Positions 1 through 9,750 of a stretch of 64,000 bases of DNA are shown one piece after another (position 1 is the first letter of the stretch; each line of letters begins with the position of its first letter). The notes under the pieces were generated by a model. That model made no database searches and had not been told where the DNA came from. It saw only the letters and a program-made list of their open reading frames with translations. A program made the position numbers and the translations under genes. Origin of the DNA: Geopsychrobacteraceae bacterium (GTDB lineage: Bacteria > Desulfobacterota > Desulfuromonadia > Desulfuromonadales > Geopsychrobacteraceae); the NCBI GenBank assembly GCA_963676795.2, contig CAXXTB010000002.1, positions 736,001-800,000 of the forward strand, read 5' to 3'.

Positions 1-303
1 CGGGTCGACAAGCTCTCCGGTGGCGAAAAGGCCCGGCTGATCCTCGCGACCATGCTGGGTCGCCCCTTAAACCTGTTGATTCTTGACGAACCGACCAACC
101 ACCTCGATATCCAGTCGCGCGAGGTGCTGCTCGACGCGCTGCAGAAATTCACCGGCACCGTGCTTCTGGTCAGCCACGACCGTCACTTCCTGCGTTCCCT
201 GGTGACCCGGGTCTTTGAGATCGATCACGGCGCGCTGATTCCCTATGAAGGGGATTACGAGTATTATCTGGAGAAAACCGGGCGTGAGCACGGTCAGGTC
301 TGA
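1..303 (+). CDS. ABC-F family ATPase, C-terminal part (runs off window start)
   Basis: Frame 1 reads LSGGEKARL (signature), LLILDEPTNHLD (Walker B), VSHDR, YEGDYEYY. Confidence 0.9.
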   Translation, partial: RVDKLSGGEKARLILATMLGRPLNLLILDEPTNHLDIQSREVLLDALQKFTGTVLLVSHDRHFLRSLVTRVFEIDHGALIPYEGDYEYYLEKTGREHGQV

Positions 304-345
304 GCGGGTCTGTGGTTTTGACTGTTAAGATCTTGAAATCAAAGA

Positions 346-420
346 CAAAACCGGCGGGTCTCGTCCCGCCAGACGACTGACTTTCCTTTGAGCGCAAAGG
401 AAAGCCAGCAAAGGAAACTT
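346..420 (+). repeat. Palindromic repeat, 'A-end' copy
   Basis: caaaaccggcgggtctcgtcccgcc.gacga matches the reverse complement of copies at 27960-28038, 32585-32643 and 33901-33970. Confidence 0.85.
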
Positions 421-477
421 TTTTAATAACGACCTAAGCCATTCATGCCTTCTCCGTTGGTTTAAACCTGCAAAAAG

Positions 478-551
478 GCACGCGCCCCAAGATGAGCTGC
501 TCTCATCAACGGGCAGAACCGAATTATGCCAAAGGCGCTGCCTTTGGCAGC
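478..551 (+). repeat. Structured double-hairpin repeat
   Basis: Homologous in inverted orientation to 11104-11180, with compensatory base changes; partial third copy at 11467-11508. Confidence 0.75.
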
Positions 552-614
552 AGCATAAGAGCCCTCGCTGATGCTGAGGGCTCTTGGGGTGCTTTAGAAG
601 CTGAAGTTCGTTGG

Positions 615-1313
615 TCAGGCTGCTGTGTTGATTGTAGAGCTGCTTGTCTCAAGCAGGCTGTAAAGGCTGTCTGTGCTGTTTTGCAGGTAACTGCTCAGGC
701 CGCTTAGCGAGGCGAAGCTGTTCTCTTGCGGTGGCGGGCCCTGGGGGCGGTTGGCTTCGAGGGCGGCAACTGTTTCATCTTCGCTCAAGACCCCGTCTTC
801 GTCTTCGTCAAAGGCTGAAATCAGGTCTTCGACGCTCAGGCTCTGGCCGGTCGCTGAATTGATCATATCGACCAGGCTTTCTGCCTCGCTGTCATCGATG
901 GTGCCGTTGGAGTTGCTGTCGGCGTTGCTGAACAGCTCTTCTTCCAGGCTTCCTGTCGTCTCTTCCGCTGGTGGTGGCGGTGGTGGACCTTCCGGACGAT
1001 TGGCTTCAAGGGCGGCCATGGTCTCATCTTCACTTAAAGCGCCGTCACCATCTTCGTCGTAGTTGCTGAAAATTTCATCCGCATTGAGGTTGGCTCCGGT
1101 CGCTCCGCTGATTTGTTCGAGCAGGGATGCAAATTCCGTCTGGCTCAGGCTGCCGCTATTGTCTTCGTCTACCGAACTGAACATCTCTTGCGGGGGAAAA
1201 CCTTTAGGAGCGTCAACCTTTGATGAAGAGCTGTCCGTGGCAGAACTGGAACGATTCGCCAGGCTGTACAGCTGCGAGTTGTAAGCACTGGAGACGATAC
1301 TGCCGATTGTCAT
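615..1313 (-). CDS. EF-hand calcium-binding protein with two internal repeats
   Basis: Loops DEDNSGSLSQTE, DEDGDGALSEDE, DSNSNGTIDDSE, DEDEDGVLSEDE; repeated ALEANRPxGPPP; AAGGAG RBS. Confidence 0.85.
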   Translation of the reverse strand: MTIGSIVSSAYNSQLYSLANRSSSATDSSSSKVDAPKGFPPQEMFSSVDEDNSGSLSQTEFASLLEQISGATGANLNADEIFSNYDEDGDGALSEDETMAALEANRPEGPPPPPPAEETTGSLEEELFSNADSNSNGTIDDSEAESLVDMINSATGQSLSVEDLISAFDEDEDGVLSEDETVAALEANRPQGPPPQENSFASLSGLSSYLQNSTDSLYSLLETSSSTINTAA

Positions 1314-1439
1314 TGTTTCTCTCCTTTTATTGGTGTGCTGCCTTCAGCTTCCGTCTGATAGCTCTTCGACGTATTTTAGGGGCTTTTTGAGAGCAGAAGG
1401 GTAACAAGCCTGTAACGCTTTGTAGCTGCGTGGGAGAGA

Positions 1440-3503
1440 TCAGCGCAGGCCCTGCTGGTTACGGATCTCGGCCGGAGCCGGTTCGAAATGGGAGAATTCC
1501 ATGGTGAAGCTGCCCTGGCCTTTGGTGGCGCTGCGCAGTTCGGTCATATAGCCGAACATTTCGAGCAGGGGAACTGTAGCGCGGATGACATCCTGCCCCG
1601 GACGCGAAGTGACCCCTTCAACCTGGCCGCGTTTCTGGTTGAGGCTGCCCATGACCCGTCCCGTGTAGTCGGATGGGGTGACCAGCTCCAGGGCCATGAC
1701 CGGTTCCAGCAGGGTTGGGCGCCCCTGTTGCAGGAGCTGGGCTACGGCCCGGCTGAGTGCGGCAGAAATACCGATGTCGGTGGTTCTCTGGCTGTCATAG
1801 GGGGCGGCGGTCAGGGTCAGCTCCAGGTCGGTGAGTGGATAGCCGGCCAGCGGTCCGGATTGACAGGCAGCGGTCAGTCGCTTCTGAATCAGTTCTGCCA
1901 GAGGGGGAGGCCAGGCTGACAGGATATTTTCAGCGATAATAATCTGCGGTCCGGAACGCAACGGTCTGGGGGCGATGGCCAGGGTCACGTCACCACAGTG
2001 GAGCTTGCCGTCGATTTCTCTTTCAAAGATTTCGTGGAACTCGGCCTGCCTGGTGACCGTCTCCCGGTAGACGACCTGGGGACGCCCGGTGGACACTTCG
2101 ACGCCGAAATCACTGCGCAGCCGTTCGCAGACAACCTCCAGGTGTAGTTCGCCCATGCCGGTCAGCAGGGTCTGGCCGGTCTCTTCGTCTTCCCTGACCC
2201 TGAAGGTCGGATCTTCCCATTGCAGCTTCTCCAGGGCCAGGGGCAGTTTGTCGCGGCCGTCGATACTTTTGGCCTCGACCGCCAGCGAGACGACCGGTTC
2301 CGGATATTCAAGTCCGGCCAGCTGCAGCGGATCCTCCGGACTGCTGAGGGTGTCACCGGTCAGAACAGTTTTCAGTCCGGTTGCGGTGACGATATCCCCG
2401 GCTTCGGCCAGGTCAATTCGTTCCCTTTTATGGGCATGCATACGGAACAGCCTGGCGACCTTTTCGACCGAAGCGGTTCTGCTGTTGAACAGGTTGTCAC
2501 CCGGGTTCAGTTTACCGGCATAGATGCGCAGGTAGGTCAGCTTGCGGCCGTCGTCGGCCAGAACCTTGAAGGCCAGGGCACAGAGCGTCGCCTTGACATC
2601 CGTGGTGACCTGACGTTGTTCCTTGCTTGTCAACTGCAGAGCCGGTGCTGGTGGCGTGTCTAGGGGCGAGGGGAGCAGCTGGCAGATCCCCTCCAGGACC
2701 GGCTGAACCCCCTTGTTGCGCAGAGCTGAGCCGAGCAGAACAGGAAACAGGCGGCAGCCGATGACACCACGGCGTAACGCTGTAACCAGTCTTTCAGGGG
2801 CGATCTGTTTGCCGTCAAGAAAGTCGCTGAGGATGCTGTCATCGAAGTCGGCGACCGCTTCGACCAGCGCGTCGCGTTGTTCCTGTGCCTCGGCCTGTAA
2901 CTCTGCGGGGATCGGTTGCTCGGTGTAGGTCTTGCCCAGATCGTCGTCACTGAAAATAATCAGCTTTTCCGTGATCAGGTCGACAACCCCGTGAAAATGC
3001 TCTTCTTCTCCCAGTGGCAGCTGTAACAGGACCGGCGTGGCAGCCAGTTTGCTGCGCATCGCTTCCAGGACCCGCCGGTAGTCAGCGCCGATGCGGTCCA
3101 TCTTGTTGATCAGGCAGATGCGTGGCACCTGGTAGCGGTTGGCCTGGCGCCAGACCGATTCGCTCTGGGGCTGGACTCCTTCGACGGCACTGAAAATGGC
3201 CACAGCTCCGTCGAGGGCCCGCAGGGAGCGCTCCACCTCAATGGTGAAGTCGATATGGCCGGGGGTGTCGATCAGGTTGAAGGTATAGTCTTTCCAGTGG
3301 CAGGTCGTGGCCGTTGCTGTGATGGTGATGCCACGCTGCTGTTCCTGTTCCATCCAGTCCATGACCGCCATGCCATCGTGGACCTCGCCCATTTTATGAA
3401 TTTCACCGGTGTAGTAGAGAATGCGTTCGGAGACCGTCGTTTTTCCGGCATCGATGTGTGAGATGATTCCAAAATTACGAATGTGGCTGAGAGCATTTGG
3501 CAT
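1440..3503 (-). CDS. fusA: Elongation factor G paralog (EF-G2-like)
   Basis: [41 protein letters not shown]; outside a str operon; start moved to MPNALSH. Confidence 0.9.
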   Translation of the reverse strand: MPNALSHIRNFGIISHIDAGKTTVSERILYYTGEIHKMGEVHDGMAVMDWMEQEQQRGITITATATTCHWKDYTFNLIDTPGHIDFTIEVERSLRALDGAVAIFSAVEGVQPQSESVWRQANRYQVPRICLINKMDRIGADYRRVLEAMRSKLAATPVLLQLPLGEEEHFHGVVDLITEKLIIFSDDDLGKTYTEQPIPAELQAEAQEQRDALVEAVADFDDSILSDFLDGKQIAPERLVTALRRGVIGCRLFPVLLGSALRNKGVQPVLEGICQLLPSPLDTPPAPALQLTSKEQRQVTTDVKATLCALAFKVLADDGRKLTYLRIYAGKLNPGDNLFNSRTASVEKVARLFRMHAHKRERIDLAEAGDIVTATGLKTVLTGDTLSSPEDPLQLAGLEYPEPVVSLAVEAKSIDGRDKLPLALEKLQWEDPTFRVREDEETGQTLLTGMGELHLEVVCERLRSDFGVEVSTGRPQVVYRETVTRQAEFHEIFEREIDGKLHCGDVTLAIAPRPLRSGPQIIIAENILSAWPPPLAELIQKRLTAACQSGPLAGYPLTDLELTLTAAPYDSQRTTDIGISAALSRAVAQLLQQGRPTLLEPVMALELVTPSDYTGRVMGSLNQKRGQVEGVTSRPGQDVIRATVPLLEMFGYMTELRSATKGQGSFTMEFSHFEPAPAEIRNQQGLR

Positions 3504-4412
3504 GGTGAACCCCAGTAGCGTGAAGGAGAAACATGAGGCTGAGGTCTTCATCATAACTCAATTTGGCTGTTGAGCGTTAAAATTTATATCTAGTTGGTTC
3601 GCTGATAGCCATTTTTGGGGAAGGATAACGAGCGGAAAATAAAAAAAATGCGTCATAAGTGAAAAAATAAAACCGTTAGGTTTCTTATGGTGAGATGCAA
3701 TTTCTTCACTTGGAACCGCAAGTTAATTTGCTGTGCCTAATATTTGCATATGCTCGTAACTTTTTGCAACACCATTTAAAAAGTCCGTGATAACAGTAAA
3801 CTGTGAATAAACTTAATTGTTGCCTTAATGAACTTTGTCGTTATGAAAGAGGCTAGGTGCTGTATCGAAACTGTATTTTTGCACAGGGCGAAACGTGAAA
3901 AAGAGCATCCGTGGACTGCCAGAGTTGACGAAATTGGAAAATATTTATAGCGTGCGCTATATCAAAACTCAATCGATGTGGTTAATTATGTCGACGTTCA
4001 GCGTCATATGTTTGTTTCCTGGTTCGTTACGTAGTCTGGTTTGAAATCTGTCCCAAGTTCACCTTGTAGTCCGATTTTTTCCGTCTAGCAGAACAGAAAC
4101 ACCAATGCTGCATGTCGATGACAGATATGCCGCATGTACGCGTTACCATGTCCGGTTGTCGGTTATGGCGGCGGTGCCTATCCGCGTTCTGGCGGGCATC
4201 GTTTCCGCGATAAGAACATCGGAATGCCGCTGAGCGGTTCCATCTTCATGGGGCGTTGAAACAGGCTGTTTTTGCCTGGCCTGCCTCTGTCGTGGGGCAA
4301 ATCTATTATTTTGAGAATTCATTGACGAGTGTGGAGGGGGGATCACTGTCGTGTCGACGGATGACTGCCTCCACTTATCCTGTAAACGTGGTTGAGGAGG
4401 TTAAGTCGTAAA

Positions 4413-5894
4413 ATGTCGAGTCCAATTATCTACGCAGCAATTTATTTCATCATTGTTGTCTTCGGGTCGTGCTTTTACTTCCGGGGCAAAGTCAAGAACG
4501 TTGATGACTTCACCACTGGTGGTAAAACACTGAAATGGTACATGGTCGCTTCCGGCCTTGCGCTGATCCCGCTCGGTTCCGGTCACACCATGAACCTCTG
4601 GGAAGCATCTGCCGGCCTTGGTGCAGGTGTTCTGTTCTGGCCGGTTATCGTCGGTGGTATCTTCCTGCCGCTGGCAACCCTGTGGTTCGGTCCATGGCTG
4701 CGCGAGCTGAATGTTCAGACCTTCCCGGAGTCACTGGAAATGCAGTTTGGCCCAGCTATGGGTTACCTCAATGGTGCAGTTAACACAGCAACCTGGACCG
4801 GTATCTGTATGGGTGAGACCCTGGCGACCGGTGGTGCGATCTACGGTCTGACCGGTGGTGCTGTGCCATTCAAGCCATGGTGTATCATCATCGCTTTCGT
4901 GCTGATCATCGTTTACGTTATCTTCGGCGGCGTTCTGCAGTTCTCCGTCGTCAGTACCGTCAACGCGACCGTCATGATCGTCGGTTCCTATGCTGCCCTG
5001 ATTCTGACCGGTGGCTGGCTGACCGCTAATGCTATGGGCTGGGCCGGTGTTGCCGAGTATTACACCTCTATTGGCGAGGCCTGGAGACTGGAAATCTTCC
5101 GTTTCTCTCCTGACCTGTTCTTCCAGATCATCATCCCGGTTGCCGTTCTGCACATCACTGCTGCTGCAGTTACCCAGGGTGTTTACATCCCGATCTTCGC
5201 TGCCAAGTCAACTCAGGAAGTCCGTAAAGCGACCTTCATGGCTGCAATGGTCAACGGTATGGCGTCCTTCCCGTGGGTTCTGATGGCTATGGCCGCCATG
5301 ACCATCCCTGCCATCGCTGCCGGTGGTGCCAAGCTGTCGGTCATCAATCATGCGATCCAGAACCTTCCGGCTCCGATCGTCGGTCTGCTGATGGTCTGTC
5401 TGCTCGCCGCAACCCTGTCGACCGGTTCCAGTGTTATGCTCGGTAACGCGACTGTTATCGTCGATGTAATTCTCAAGCGTGCCTGTTTCCCGAACATGAC
5501 CCCGGAAACCCAGTTCAAGCTGATGCGTCCGATGGTTGTTGTCTGCGGTCTGCTTGCTTGCGTACCTGCTTTGTTTGCACCAATGATCTTTCCGATCTTC
5601 CTCTGGTGTTTCTCTTTCGGGATTCCGATCTTCTTCGTCTGGTTGGCCGGTATGGTCTGGAAGTGTAGCAAGTCTGCAGCCTGGATCACCATTTTGGTAT
5701 CCTACATTGTGAACTTTGTCTGGACTTTTGCAACTCCGAGCTGGGCTCCGGGTCCGTTCGCTCTGAACATGTATCCGGTTACCCTGATCTCCCTGGTGCT
5801 GGTTATTGTTCTGAATGCAATTCTGCCTGGTGAGGCTGCTCTGCTCAAGCGCCACCGTGCCGGTCAGCTAAAAGGCGTAGCAAAAGCTGCTTAA
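4413..5894 (+). CDS. Sodium:solute symporter family protein
   Basis: About 13 hydrophobic segments; DDFTTGGK N-terminus; LLAATLSTGSS motif; GAGGAGG RBS. Confidence 0.85.
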   Translation: MSSPIIYAAIYFIIVVFGSCFYFRGKVKNVDDFTTGGKTLKWYMVASGLALIPLGSGHTMNLWEASAGLGAGVLFWPVIVGGIFLPLATLWFGPWLRELNVQTFPESLEMQFGPAMGYLNGAVNTATWTGICMGETLATGGAIYGLTGGAVPFKPWCIIIAFVLIIVYVIFGGVLQFSVVSTVNATVMIVGSYAALILTGGWLTANAMGWAGVAEYYTSIGEAWRLEIFRFSPDLFFQIIIPVAVLHITAAAVTQGVYIPIFAAKSTQEVRKATFMAAMVNGMASFPWVLMAMAAMTIPAIAAGGAKLSVINHAIQNLPAPIVGLLMVCLLAATLSTGSSVMLGNATVIVDVILKRACFPNMTPETQFKLMRPMVVVCGLLACVPALFAPMIFPIFLWCFSFGIPIFFVWLAGMVWKCSKSAAWITILVSYIVNFVWTFATPSWAPGPFALNMYPVTLISLVLVIVLNAILPGEAALLKRHRAGQLKGVAKAA

Positions 5895-5915
5895 CGAGAA
5901 AGAGGAGATTTTCAA

Positions 5916-6023
5916 ATGTTCGTATGGACACTGTTTATTCAAGAATTTCTGATGGCTGTTGTTTTCAGTGGTATTGTCTACGTGATCTGGAAGATGACCA
6001 GCAGCAACGGGAAATGGTTTTAA
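5916..6023 (+). CDS. 35-aa single-TM membrane peptide (not in ORF track)
   Basis: GAGGAG RBS; MFVWTLFIQEFLMAVVFSGIVYVIWKMTSSNGKWF. Confidence 0.65.
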   Translation: MFVWTLFIQEFLMAVVFSGIVYVIWKMTSSNGKWF

Positions 6024-6050
6024 TTTTTCTTCCGAATTAAGGAGTTTATA

Positions 6051-6155
6051 ATGGGTAAAGCTGAATTGCTGGTTGCGGCCTACATCTGCTGTATCATGCT
6101 GGTGCTTGGCGGCATGGCCCTGATCGGTACGCTGGTCAACAAGGCAAAGAAATAA
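6051..6155 (+). CDS. 34-aa single-TM membrane peptide (not in ORF track)
   Basis: TAAGGAG RBS; MGKAELLVAAYICCIMLVLGGMALIGTLVNKAKK. Confidence 0.65.
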   Translation: MGKAELLVAAYICCIMLVLGGMALIGTLVNKAKK

Positions 6156-6319
6156 GGTTACCAAGGTAACCAGATAGCGCCGGCGCTGAACTGATGTTCG
6201 GTGGGCGGTGAGTGAAAATGGACTCCCGGCTACATATTTTGTGGTCGGGAGTTTCTTTGTTTGTGGGGTTGGTGTAGATTGTCCCCTTGATTTGTTGTGA
6301 TGAAACTGGAGAAGGTTGA

Positions 6320-6991
6320 ATGCATATCATCCATCACTATGACGAGTTGTGCAGTGTCGGTGAGCGACTTGACCTGCCCAAGGGGGTCTGCCTGCAGGAC
6401 ATGGTGCCACCGGGAGAGAATTGCGTCTTCCTTCTGGACGAAGGGGTCTGCGCCGCAACCAAGATGACTGAAAGCGGTGGCGAACGGACCTTTACCTATT
6501 TTACCCCGCGCTGGCTGTTCAGTATCGTTCCTCTCTACCTCCAGGAATATGCCGATGAGGAGTGGGAGGTACAGTACTATACGCGCACACCCAGCAGCCT
6601 GTATCGTATCGCGGCCGATCAGTTCGATGCGATGGTGGAACAATATCCGCTGCTGGCGAAAACCGTCATGAAGGTCCTCTCCTACAACCTCGTCCGCATC
6701 CAGTCCAACTTTTTCGACCGGGAGGATCTGCCGGCCTTCTTACGCGTCTGCAAGGTGCTTCTGCAGCTGGATACCGGTGAGGGAATCGCGCCCTTTTTCA
6801 CCGCTGAAGAGCTTGGCAGCTTTATCGGGGCGCACTCGGTCACGGTGGCCAAGATCATCGTTCAGCTGAAAAGGCATGGCTTTGTCAGCCGTCGCAACCG
6901 CCGTCTGTTCGTCGATGACAGAAGCGGCCTGACCCGCGTCCTCAAGGAGCGGATTGTCCTGAACTATTATCAGAATCCTGACGAATCCTGA
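6320..6991 (+). CDS. Crp/Fnr family transcriptional regulator
   Basis: cNMP-like N-terminal domain; C-terminal HTH TAEELGSFIGAHSVTVAKII. Confidence 0.85.
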   Translation: MHIIHHYDELCSVGERLDLPKGVCLQDMVPPGENCVFLLDEGVCAATKMTESGGERTFTYFTPRWLFSIVPLYLQEYADEEWEVQYYTRTPSSLYRIAADQFDAMVEQYPLLAKTVMKVLSYNLVRIQSNFFDREDLPAFLRVCKVLLQLDTGEGIAPFFTAEELGSFIGAHSVTVAKIIVQLKRHGFVSRRNRRLFVDDRSGLTRVLKERIVLNYYQNPDES

Positions 6992-7027
6992 CGAGCTGGG
7001 TTTGTCTGAAAGAACAGGGGCCGTCTG

Positions 7028-7816
7028 TTAGAGCGGATAGCGGAAGGTCTGGCCATCATAGGCCAGGTTGATGCCTTCGGGGAGCTCTCTGTCGTGACGG
7101 TCGTGATCGACGTCGTGGGCGATATGGGTCAGCAGAGTCAGCTCGGCCCCGATTCTTTGCGCCATCCTGATCGATTCCGGGATGCAGAAATGGGTCGGGT
7201 GGGGATTGAAGCGCAGCCCGTCGAGGATCAGCAGTTTCAGGCCTTTGAGCATCTGTAGGGAATCTTCGGGAATCGCGTTGCAGTCGGTCAGGTAGGCAAC
7301 GGGGCCACAGCGATATCCGTAGCTTGAGATGTTGCCGTGCTGAATCGGAATCGGGATGATTTCCATACGGCCGACGGTGACCGGGCCGGTCAGTGGCCGC
7401 AGGACCAAATTGGGCAGGTAGCCATAGTTTTCTTCGTCGTCAAAGATATAGCAGAATGATTGTTCGATGTGCTTGAGGGTTTCCTCGGAGCCGTACAGGG
7501 GGATCGGTGTCTTGCCCTTGTGGTTGAAGGCGCGCAGGTCATCGATGCCGTGGACGTGGTCAGCATGGCCATGGGTGTAGAAGACGGCGTCGACCTGCCG
7601 GATATGGGCGCGTAAGGCCTGGTGGCGAAGATCCGGTGAGGTGTCGATCAGGATGCTCTTGTCGCCGTCGGAAAGCAGGGCGCTGCAACGGGTCCGGCGG
7701 TTGTGGCGATTATGATCGATCGCAGAGCGACAGACGGGGCAGTCGCAACCGACAACCGGTATGCCGGTGCTGGTCCCTGTTCCGAGCAGGGTTATGGTGA
7801 GAAACTGCTGTTGCAT
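7028..7816 (-). CDS. MBL-fold metallo-hydrolase (PhnP-like)
   Basis: LGTGTSTGIP, CDCPVC, THGHADHVHG, AYDG. Confidence 0.9.
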   Translation of the reverse strand: MQQQFLTITLLGTGTSTGIPVVGCDCPVCRSAIDHNRHNRRTRCSALLSDGDKSILIDTSPDLRHQALRAHIRQVDAVFYTHGHADHVHGIDDLRAFNHKGKTPIPLYGSEETLKHIEQSFCYIFDDEENYGYLPNLVLRPLTGPVTVGRMEIIPIPIQHGNISSYGYRCGPVAYLTDCNAIPEDSLQMLKGLKLLILDGLRFNPHPTHFCIPESIRMAQRIGAELTLLTHIAHDVDHDRHDRELPEGINLAYDGQTFRYPL

Positions 7817-7961
7817 CCTGTGTGGCCGTTGGTGTAAGAGTTGATGCGGTTATGTTTCAATTTACACTTTGCTTTCGGACCAGACAATAGTAGATTTCCA
7901 GAACAGAGCCTTTATATCATTTGGCCCGTTTCTCAAGTATTGTGCCCAAGGATGCGTTACT

Positions 7962-8123
7962 ATGACAGAAAAGAGTAAAGAACAGCTGAATCGGCTCTGT
8001 TGTCATTGTATCCGCCACTGTAAACAGCCGGAAAGCATTGTCATGCTTGAATGCCCCCGCTACCAGCCTCGTCCGTTCAAATCTGAAGAACTCAACTTTC
8101 GGCAGCTCGATCTGTTTTCCTGA
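7962..8123 (+). CDS. 53-aa Cys-rich protein ending in QLDLFS
   Basis: CCHCIRHC...ECPRY; AAGGA upstream; fills the gap between two minus-strand genes. Confidence 0.6.
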   Translation: MTEKSKEQLNRLCCHCIRHCKQPESIVMLECPRYQPRPFKSEELNFRQLDLFS

Positions 8124-8133
8124 GCGGATTGTC

Positions 8134-9249
8134 TCAGGCGATAAACTGTTTCAGGAAATCTTTGACGTAGGGCACAAACTTTTCCGGTTCGACGAGGAAG
8201 GAATCGTGTCCGTAGTCTGACTCGATCAGGTGGTAGTCAACCTGCTTGTTCAGGCGTTTGAGTTCGCCGACCAGGTTCTCGGTCTGTTCCGGCAGGTAGA
8301 GCCAGTCCGAGCTGAAGGCAAACCAGAGTGACGGACAACTGATCCGTTCGAGGGCCTCGCTCAGGGAGTCGAAATTCCAGGCGATGTCAAAAAGATCGAG
8401 GGCCTTCGACAGGTAGAGGAAGGAGTTGGTGTCGAAGTGGTCGACGAAATTCCCACCGTTGTAGTCGAGATAACGTTCGATCTCAAACTGACCGAAGAAG
8501 TCAAACATCCCGTCGCGTAACGAGAAGCGCCGGTCGAATTTAAGCTGCATCGACTTGTCGGACAAAAAGGAGATGTGTCCTACCGCACGGGCCAGGGCCA
8601 GGCCGTCGGTCGGCGGGTGTTCAAGCTGGTAGTTCCCCTTCTTCCACAGCGGGTCGTTGAAGACGGCTTTGCGGGCCAGGGCGTTGAGGGCGATCGCCAT
8701 GGGGGAGGTACTCCCGGTCCCGGCAATCGGGATAATCGATCTGACCATCTCAGGGTAGAGCACGCCCCACTCCAGGGTCTGCATGGCTCCCATCGATCCG
8801 CCGATAACTGCGGCCAGTGAGGGGATGCCCAGGTGGTCGAGCAGCAGTTTCTGGGCCCGGACCATGTCACGAATCATGACAACCGGAAAATTCAGCCGGT
8901 ATGGACGTTTGGTTCTCGGGTTGATGCTGGCCGGTCCGGTTGAGCCCTTGCAGGAGCCGATGACATTGCTGCAGATCACGAAAAAATGGTCGGTATTCAG
9001 GGCTTTGCCGGGGCCGATCATGTGGTCCCACCAGCCGGGTTTGCGTTCGTCCTGGTCGTGATAACCTGCTGCATGGGCATCGCCGGTCCAGGCGTGAGCG
9101 GCAAGGATGACGTTCGACTTGTCGGCGTTCAGGGTTCCGTATGTCTCATACGCCAGGGTCAGCGGGCCGAGCAGTCGACCGCTTTCCAGCTGTAATTCGA
9201 CGTCAAGTTCGGCGTATTCAGTTTTAACGAGACCGACACTGTTTTCCAA
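8134..9249 (-). CDS. metX: Homoserine O-acetyltransferase
   Basis: [25 protein letters not shown] nucleophile, GHDSFL; TTG start with AGGAAG RBS. Confidence 0.93.
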   Translation of the reverse strand: MENSVGLVKTEYAELDVELQLESGRLLGPLTLAYETYGTLNADKSNVILAAHAWTGDAHAAGYHDQDERKPGWWDHMIGPGKALNTDHFFVICSNVIGSCKGSTGPASINPRTKRPYRLNFPVVMIRDMVRAQKLLLDHLGIPSLAAVIGGSMGAMQTLEWGVLYPEMVRSIIPIAGTGSTSPMAIALNALARKAVFNDPLWKKGNYQLEHPPTDGLALARAVGHISFLSDKSMQLKFDRRFSLRDGMFDFFGQFEIERYLDYNGGNFVDHFDTNSFLYLSKALDLFDIAWNFDSLSEALERISCPSLWFAFSSDWLYLPEQTENLVGELKRLNKQVDYHLIESDYGHDSFLVEPEKFVPYVKDFLKQFIA

Positions 9250-9280
9250 CGCAGCTTCCTTCGCGCACAAAAAAGCAATA

Positions 9281-9307
9281 AAAAAAGACCTCTACGGGAG
9301 AGGCCTT
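9281..9307 (-). terminator. Riboswitch expression-platform terminator in metX leader
   Basis: Minus strand GGCCTCT-cccgt-AGAGGTC followed by a T run. Confidence 0.75.
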
Positions 9308-9336
9308 CTGATACGTGTACGGAGTATCTTTTGACC

Positions 9337-9464
9337 GTCCCCATCTGCCCCTGATGATATCGTGACCAGGGCAGGAATTGGCACCAGACGGCTTCTTTTC
9401 ATGAGTGAAGCCCGGTTGCCGTGGCTTCAAAGGGCCTTATCCCTCCACCACTCTCGATAAAGAC
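9337..9464 (-). ncRNA. SAM-I (S-box) riboswitch
   Basis: Minus strand TTATCGAGAGTGGTGGAGGGATAAGGCCCTTTGAAGCCACGGCAACC...GGTGCCAATTCCTGC...GCAGATG, upstream of metX. Confidence 0.95.
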
Positions 9465-9567
9465 GTTGCCTGACACTGAATCAGGTCAAATGTTTGTGGA
9501 CTCTAGCCCAGTCATTTCGCTTTGTCAATGAATCTTAGGGAGTGCCGGTTGCGAAAGAGTCTACCTG

Positions 9568-9674
9568 TGATTAAGAAATAGACAGTGATGGCTATTTTTT
9601 AATCAACTGTCGTGAGGGTGGATGCTCTAAATGGTTAAGAACAGGTTGATCGGATAATCGGCACGACACTTGAA
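9568..9674 (+). promoter_or_regulatory. Inverted-repeat activator site plus sigma54-like promoter for amtB
   Basis: tgattaagaaatagaca-gtga-tggctattttttaatca (9568-9605); CGGCACGACACTTGAA (9659-9674; GA instead of GC at -12). Confidence 0.5.
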
Positions 9675-9750
9675 TGCATTTACCGGTTCGCTGTTCAACA
9701 AAACGACAATGTTGTCGCTCTTAGTAATCAATGACGAGGAGGTCTTGATA

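Noticed and set aside
170..397. ORF containing SSGGTRPAGF, also at 33753-33998
   Set aside because: Shared peptide is just the A-end repeat
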